A stretch of DNA of 21,225 nucleotides, the filler included, from an uncultured virus (IMG/VR IMGVR_UViG_2049941000_000845) (taxonomy: Duplodnaviria; Heunggongvirae; Uroviricota; Caudoviricetes). It is 3 parts of one record of this genome, joined end to end, with 100 filler letters (N's around TTAATTAATTAA, not from the genome) between each part and the next. Parts side by side here need not be neighbours in the genome. Positions count along the whole stretch, not along the records: positions 2,027 to 21,225 come from IMGVR_UViG_2049941000_000845; 2 more parts are not named here. The stretch is one strand, 5' to 3'. The notes beneath the pieces are model-generated. The model ran no database searches. It was not told the origin of the DNA and worked only from the letters and a program-made list of their open reading frames with translations. This document shows, one piece after another, positions 15,543 to 21,225 of the stretch (its first letter is position 1; every line of letters begins with the position of its first letter). Made by a program: the position numbers and the translations under genes.

Positions 15543-18101
15543 TCAGTTTACGCCGTAGACAGCTATGATCTGCCCGTTTCCGCCGTATCTCGTCATCGTG
15601 ACCGTGCTGCCGGAATACTTCAGATAGAACGAGCAGTAGTTCGCGTCGTCTGCGATCTGGTATTTCACATCCGAAGTAGTCAGCATTGCTTTGGGAACCA
15701 CAAGTCCGATCCTCGCACTTGACGAAGTCGGCAGACCCACGATGATATAGAAGTTGTAACTGCCGTAGTTGAAGGTGCAGCTGTTCGTACCCGTCAGCGT
15801 TCCGCTGTACAGCGACGTACAGGCTATGCCGAGATTCGTTCTCGCGGCGGCGGCTGTTGTGCCTCCTGTGCCGCCGTTGGCGAGAGCAACTGTTCCCGTG
15901 ACGTTGGACGCCTTGCCATTGAAGTTGCCGCTGGTGTTGATGTATCGGCTTATGGTAGTGTTTGTTCCGGCATCAAAGTTTGCGTCGGTGCCGTAAACGA
16001 AGTACAGACTTTCACCGAGAACTCCGATATCCCATGCACCGCTGGGGGTTTTTATGGACGCGATGGAGAAGAAACTCGATGCCGCGCCGTTGCTGTTCGT
16101 TCGTATCATGGCGTAGTTTCGACCGTTGATAAACGAGCTTCCAATCCCGGCCTTCTGGATCTGGCCGGTCATTGTTCCTCCGGCGAGGGGCAGTACGGCA
16201 AGATTCGTTCTCGCGGACGCCGCCGTGGTTGCTCCCGTTCCGCCCTTGGAGATGGGGACTGCCGAGGACAGCTTTGCCGGAGCGAGTGACCCGGACAGCG
16301 TTGCCGCCGTCAAAGTCCCGGATACATTGGCGTCGCCTACCACATCGAGAGCCGCTTCCGGGGTCGGAGTGTTGATGCCAACCTTCTGTTTGCGCAACGC
16401 CACAAGGGGTGTTCCCTGCGGAATGACGTAGTAAAGGTCGAGCGACGAGAGGCTGTTCAGCTGATCCCGTATCTGGATATGCACGTCCCAGGACTGATCC
16501 GAGGCAAGACTCCGCAGCTCCAGATTGGAGTACGAAAACACCGTGCCGCTCTGCGTGACCGCAGAAATGATACTGACATAGGAACTCCAGGATGTTGAGC
16601 TCGTGGCCTTGTAGCGGTAACGCACATACATCAGCGAGTTCTGCTGTACGCTGTCAACGGTGATCGCAGAGATCGTGCCGTTGAACACAAGCTGCATTTC
16701 TGCTTCGATGTCGTTTGTTCGCCGCAGGGTCAGCGAGTTCACCTTCGGAGCGGCATAGGGAATGACCGTGATGTTCTGCGATACACTTGCCGTGTAGCCC
16801 CTGCTGTCTGTAATGGTAAGCACGACGGCTACCGTGCCGCTTCTGGCTACGGTCCCGACTGTCAGCGCCGCTCCCGTGGTGTTTGAAACGGACACGCCGT
16901 TGCAGGTCGCCGTATAGTTGGTGATCGTCGCCTCATTCTTTGGTGTGGCAGTACCGGCAGTAACGGTCAGTTTTGAAAACCCCTGGATGAAAAGCTGATT
17001 GTTACCCGTGATTGCCGTTGTTGTGGCATAGCTGTCGGCATATGTAAAGCCGGAGAGCGTGGGACCGGAGTTCGCAACCGTGGTAGTCACCGTTGCTGTT
17101 TTGGAGGACGCAGAACCGATTTGTGTGCTGCCGTTCCATGTCGTGACAGAAAATGTGCCTGTAAAGGACTTCATATTCGCCATAGCGGTCAGAAGCGTCG
17201 TTCGGTTAGCCGCCGTCAGAGTGATCGTCCTGTCTGCCGTTCCTTTAGACCAGGTCAGACCTCCCACGGAAAGGATGCTTGTGCTTCCGTTCTTCAGTTC
17301 CAGCGTGTAACTGTAGGAGGCGTCATAGACCGTGACGTTCAGCTTGATGCTCACGGTCGCGGCGTCCGCCGTCACCTGGTTCGCGCTGTTCACGACAGCG
17401 CCGCCGAGGGTCTTGACGGAAACGGCCGCCGAAGTGCCGTAGACCTGGTTCGACTGCTTCCTCGCCTTGACCTTGATGTTGTAGGTCGTGTTCGGGGACA
17501 GCCCGGTGATGGCTTTGCTTGCCGTGGTGCCGGCCGTAGTGGAGAACTGCGTCCATGTCGACCCGTTATCGGTGCTGTACTGCCAGATATCTGCCGTCGC
17601 CGAGGAGGACGCGGTGATCGTGACGCCGTTCGCCGTGATGCTGCTCGTGGTAAAGGACACGGTCGGCGCGGTGCGGTCGATGGCGGTCAGCGTGACGTTC
17701 TTGCTGCCGGACGGCGCGAGGTACTGGCCCCAGGTGGAGTAAACGCCCCAATGCCAGTAGATCGGCAGCGTCAGCGTTCCGTTGGAGTTGTGGGTGACCG
17801 TGACCTGCTTGTTCTCGATGAGCCACTTCGTACCGCTGCCCGTCTGGCCTTCGGTGAAGGTGAAGCAGTTCGCGCCGGAGGTGGCCGTACCGACGTAGGA
17901 CTGGCCGCCGTTGCTCCAGTCGCCCCAGTCGATGTTGTACTTGGAATAGACGTACATACCGAGGGCGATGGTGGAGGTGTTGGCGGCGGCGTTCTGGGAA
18001 ACAATCTTCACATAGATATACAGATCGACCGTCCAGTTGTTGGAGCCTCCGTTGGTGTATTCGGATTTCACCAGATAGGCGGTTCCACCGGTCATAGCCA
18101 T
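15543..18101 (-). CDS. Tail fibre/minor structural protein (DUF859-like, FN3 domain, GGTG..AARTNL repeats)
   Basis: 852-aa Thr/Ser/Gly-rich ORF; FN3-like ITGLSPNTTYNIKVKAR; TDSRG; VGINTPTPEAALDVVG; two GGTGxTTAAxARTNL repeats; AGGAGG RBS. Confidence 0.88.
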   Translation of the reverse strand: MAMTGGTAYLVKSEYTNGGSNNWTVDLYIYVKIVSQNAAANTSTIALGMYVYSKYNIDWGDWSNGGQSYVGTATSGANCFTFTEGQTGSGTKWLIENKQVTVTHNSNGTLTLPIYWHWGVYSTWGQYLAPSGSKNVTLTAIDRTAPTVSFTTSSITANGVTITASSSATADIWQYSTDNGSTWTQFSTTAGTTASKAITGLSPNTTYNIKVKARKQSNQVYGTSAAVSVKTLGGAVVNSANQVTADAATVSIKLNVTVYDASYSYTLELKNGSTSILSVGGLTWSKGTADRTITLTAANRTTLLTAMANMKSFTGTFSVTTWNGSTQIGSASSKTATVTTTVANSGPTLSGFTYADSYATTTAITGNNQLFIQGFSKLTVTAGTATPKNEATITNYTATCNGVSVSNTTGAALTVGTVARSGTVAVVLTITDSRGYTASVSQNITVIPYAAPKVNSLTLRRTNDIEAEMQLVFNGTISAITVDSVQQNSLMYVRYRYKATSSTSWSSYVSIISAVTQSGTVFSYSNLELRSLASDQSWDVHIQIRDQLNSLSSLDLYYVIPQGTPLVALRKQKVGINTPTPEAALDVVGDANVSGTLTAATLSGSLAPAKLSSAVPISKGGTGATTAASARTNLAVLPLAGGTMTGQIQKAGIGSSFINGRNYAMIRTNSNGAASSFFSIASIKTPSGAWDIGVLGESLYFVYGTDANFDAGTNTTISRYINTSGNFNGKASNVTGTVALANGGTGGTTAAAARTNLGIACTSLYSGTLTGTNSCTFNYGSYNFYIIVGLPTSSSARIGLVVPKAMLTTSDVKYQIADDANYCSFYLKYSGSTVTMTRYGGNGQIIAVYGVN

Positions 18102-18116
18102 AAGCCTTCGCCTCCT

Positions 18117-19205
18117 TTAATCGAGAATGACGATGTTCAGCCCTTCGGAGGCTGTGGACATCGGCACGAATTTGGTCTTTCCCACGGTCAGTTCGCCGTC
18201 GACCGTGGTTTTCTTGGTCTGCGTTTCATCCTTGTTCAGGGTGAAGATGATCTCGTCGTTGTAGTAGCCCGCGAACTCCGTGTTGGTGATGACCGTCCGC
18301 TGCGAGGACGCGGAGTTGGAAACGGCGATGCCGCGCTTGTCGATCTTGACCTCGTTGGTGTAGATCTCGTTCGGCGCGGGCGTCCAGTTATGGACGGTCG
18401 GACCCTCGACCATCATGATGTCCGAGACATACAGCGAGGCGTATCGGTTGTAGATATAGAACACGATGGTGCTGTCGGTGATGTCGTCGATGACGAGGCT
18501 GAAATCCTTCCAGCCGAAGGTCGTGGTCTGATTGAAGAAATAGGCGTACTTGTTGCCGTTGTACTCGACGCGGATATAGCTCGTATAGCTCGCCTTCGTC
18601 TTTTTCGCCCGCAGGGAGAAGGCGTAGGACTGCCCGGTGACGAGACCCGTGACGGTCTGCTTCAGAGTGGACGAGGAGCCCAGAACGAAGCAGGAATCCG
18701 AGGTCGTGTTGTTCTGCGTGTCCGTGGAGGTGTCCACCGTGACCGTTCCCGTTTTCACCCAGTCGTCGGAGACGCCGTTCAGACCCGCCGAGTTCTGGAT
18801 GAAGTTCAGACCGCCGGCGCACTGATTCGTCACCTGGACCGTCAGCCCGTCGATGGTCTGCTGAAGAAGCGACATCTGCGCCTGCATCTCAAGTACCGTC
18901 TGCTGCTCGTTGCCGAGCGCGTCCGTGACCGTTTCGATGGTCTGCGTCATGGTGCCGACGTAGCTGTTCAGACCGTCGATGGTGCTTTGCAGTTCCGCGG
19001 CCCTCGTGGTCAGAACGGAAATGGTGACGCGGAGTGTTTCGATGTCGTTCTGCACGACCCACTCCGCGCCGTTCCATATCTTCGTTTCCGGCGGGGACAC
19101 CGAAGTGTCCACCCACAGCTGACCCACATACGGGTTCTCCGGCGGCGTATCGGATGCCACGACGTCGCAGATATTTGTGATGGTGATCTGTCCGATCGCC
19201 CGCAT
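18117..19205 (-). CDS. Phage tail/baseplate-region structural protein
   Basis: PPENPYVGQLWVDTS motif, coiled-coil segment, NFIQNS-initiated beta-rich domain and NWTPAPNE, typical of siphovirus distal tail proteins; GGAGG RBS. Confidence 0.8.
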   Translation of the reverse strand: MRAIGQITITNICDVVASDTPPENPYVGQLWVDTSVSPPETKIWNGAEWVVQNDIETLRVTISVLTTRAAELQSTIDGLNSYVGTMTQTIETVTDALGNEQQTVLEMQAQMSLLQQTIDGLTVQVTNQCAGGLNFIQNSAGLNGVSDDWVKTGTVTVDTSTDTQNNTTSDSCFVLGSSSTLKQTVTGLVTGQSYAFSLRAKKTKASYTSYIRVEYNGNKYAYFFNQTTTFGWKDFSLVIDDITDSTIVFYIYNRYASLYVSDIMMVEGPTVHNWTPAPNEIYTNEVKIDKRGIAVSNSASSQRTVITNTEFAGYYNDEIIFTLNKDETQTKKTTVDGELTVGKTKFVPMSTASEGLNIVILD

Positions 19206-19217
19206 GGGATCACCTCC

Positions 19218-20304
19218 TCAGAGAACGACGAGGACCATGAATGTCGCTTTAGTTTCAACATCCGTGGTGGAAACCGACAGGGTTTTTCCCGTCTTGCTGC
19301 CGTTCGTTCCCCAGGAAGTGTCGATGTTGCCGTCCTTGTCGTACTTCGTCCATGTGTAGGTTCCCGTGCCGGAAGCATCCACCTCCGCGCCTGCCTGATA
19401 GCAGACTGCGGTCAGTACAGTACTGCCAACGCCGTTCTTGAAAACGTCGCCACCCGTCGAAGTGACGATGACCTGCAGCGGGTCGGAGTTGTCGATGAAG
19501 GTGCAGACGTCGTAGAACTTGCTGTTGTAGGTCGCGGATGCCGAGTCGGTATCCTTGGCGCAGCAGCGGATGACGGCGTAGCTGTCAACTGCGGCCGCAT
19601 AGATGGTCAGCGTGGCGGTCGTACAGCCGGAATACATATTCGAGGTGTTCGTCAGCTTCCTCCAGCCTGTGCCGAAGTCTGCATCGTACCCTGTGGAAGA
19701 GGACGATGTGACGGAAGCGTCCATCATCGCCCACTTGTAGGTGACGTTCGTGGTGTCGACCGTAGAGCCGCGCCACAATTCCGCCTTCGCCGTAAGGCTT
19801 GCTACCTCCGCGTTCTTGAAGACGTTTCCCTTGGGGGTCATGACGAGCAGGTCGACGATGCCGCTGCCGTTGACCACGCGGGAGAACGAAATGGTAAGCG
19901 GATGGACGAGATCAAGCCCTGTAGACGGGTCTCTGTAGGTGACCTCGCATTTAAAGTCCACACCCGCCTGACCCGACATGATGTTAGCCTTGATGGTTAG
20001 AATATGGTTCTTCGCGCCGCTCAATGCGTAGTTGCCACCCGTGGTGATGGGCGTGGTGGAAGTGCCCTGATACCAGTTGACGGACTGCACGTTTTCCGAG
20101 GTGATCTGATCGGTGGTCGTGCCGATGATGTAAAGGCTCGGCGTCAGCACCAGGTTCGTGGACGCCCAGCTCGGCGTGTAGCTTCCGTTGTCCGGGTTGT
20201 ACATCTGCGTTTTCGGATGGTTCGAGCCGNNNNNNNNNNTACCCGGTCAGCGTCAGCGCGTCGTTGTAGTCGATGATCGTAAATTGCCCCTGCGCTCTGC
20301 TCAT
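19218..20304 (-). CDS. Phage tail structural protein with Ig-like repeats; start MSRAQGQFTIIDYND lies before the gap at 20230-20239
   Basis: AAGGAGG RBS before the ATG at 20304; continues GSNHPKTQMYNPDNGSY. Repeated GxVFKN...L(T)A...Y.W units. Confidence 0.82.
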
Positions 20305-20322
20305 GATAAAAATCCTCCTTTA

Positions 20323-21173
20323 TCAGCCGAGAAGACTGTTTCTTGTGGTGGTGTCGATGAGATCACAGAAAAACGTGGCTCTGACGTTCACGTCGTCCCT
20401 TGTGATCTGCACCGATTTCGTGCCGCCGAAATGGGCGGCGTTCCACGCTGCGTCCGCCACGGGATCGTCCGACACCCTCGTCCAGATGAACTGGTTGGGA
20501 TCGAGGCTGTCCGTCACGTTCGTGTCCCAGGAGAAAACGACGGCGGAAAGCGTGGTGCTTATATTGTTGTTTTTGAAGATGTTTCCGTTCGACGAGGTGA
20601 TCACGAGGCGGTACATCTTCTGTTCCTCTATCTCATCGATGCGCTCGTTCGTCTCAATGACTGACTCCGTGGTGGCATAGGCTCGGAGGTGTATTTCTCC
20701 CGTTTCCAGATCCCACCAGGACGAGCCGTCCTGCGAGGACAGGACTCCCGCCTTGATGATATNNNNNNNNNNGGCTGAACCGATGTCCGGCGCGTCCATT
20801 ACGAGCAGTTCGTAGGGCTGCCCGGTGATCTCGTCCGTGTTGATGACCACGTAGCCGCCCGTCTGCCCGGTGATGAGGCTCGTGGCGTTCTGGATGGCGG
20901 CGGACATGATCGCCGGGAAGCGGTCGACCTTCGCAGAGACCGTCTGCGCGGCCTGCTGCGCCTCGGAAACCGTGTTGATAAGGTTCGACTTCGCGTTTCC
21001 GAGGGTGATCGACACGTATTTCTCGGAAAGCGTGTCGTAGACGGTTTTGATGACCTTCGCCCTCGCCGTGATGCCGAGCGCGGAGTGCCGGATGGTCACC
21101 GTGTCGCCGAGCGACACACGCTCCAGCACGGCGGCGTAGTCCGGCCGCTTCCACAGCGGCTCGAACTTTACGG
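20323..21173 (-). CDS. Prophage tail spike/endopeptidase-type protein, C-terminal fragments (gap 20763-20772)
   Basis: LERVSLGDTVTIRH..LGITARAKVIKTVYDTLSEKYVSITLGN, ITGQTGGYVV, ELLVMDAPD, WWDLETG and a terminal GNIFKNN Ig-like unit. Confidence 0.82.
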
Positions 21174-21225
21174 NNNNNNNNNNCAGCAAGGGCCAGGGCC
21201 GGGGCAACTCCGTGCTCCAGAACAT

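Larger units (their letters stand above)
8348..21173 (-). mobile_element. Prophage (siphovirus-like) tail-lysis-integration end; several contigs mis-ordered
   Basis: Co-oriented tail genes, holin, endolysin, HTH gene, SHOCT-like gene and two serine recombinases. Boundaries and att sites are not visible. Confidence 0.9.

Noticed and set aside
15543..18101. Diversity-generating retroelement or invertible shufflon acting on the tail fibre
   Set aside because: No reverse transcriptase, no adenine-specific TR/VR pair and no inverted fibre cassettes are visible; the only repeat found is a direct one encoding a common fibre motif.
17121..20000. 959-aa plus-strand ORF
   Set aside because: Codon-aligned antisense shadow of three minus-strand tail genes that share one frame and avoid TTA/CTA/TCA codons; no recognisable motifs.
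21184..21225. Start codon region of the 20323-21225 ORF
   Set aside because: A 42-bp piece beyond a gap, too short to assign, and it does not read as a tail-protein start.

Overview
Heavily gapped scaffold, probably from a Clostridia/Bacillota genome, made of many short contigs. It has 10-N placeholder gaps, two N-TTAATTAATTAA-N linkers, at least one chimeric contig end and demonstrably mis-ordered contigs, so adjacency across gaps is provisional. Three blocks are visible. (1) 1-4895: an AT-rich island downstream of a tRNA-Leu 3' end. It carries a minus-strand unit with a consensus sigma-A promoter, a ~210-nt structured leader, a NusG/LoaP-type antiterminator, a NodU/CmcH carbamoyltransferase and an AsnB-type amidotransferase. 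It also holds an IS30 element with an unusually long (11-13 bp) target duplication and a cluster of att-like repeats. (2) 5298-8337: an ISL3 transposase, then a Tn916-like xis and an internally deleted tyrosine integrase abutting the 5' end of a divergent ychF, the probable integration site. (3) 8348-21173: the minus-strand distal end of a siphovirus-like prophage, with tail genes, holin, a fragmented NlpC/P60 + GH25 + Cpl-7 endolysin, an HTH/Zn-finger gene, a SHOCT-like gene and two tandem large serine recombinases, one lacking the coiled-coil. The best candidates for new biology are the LoaP-like antitermination/biosynthetic unit with its leader RNA and the asymmetric two-recombinase module.
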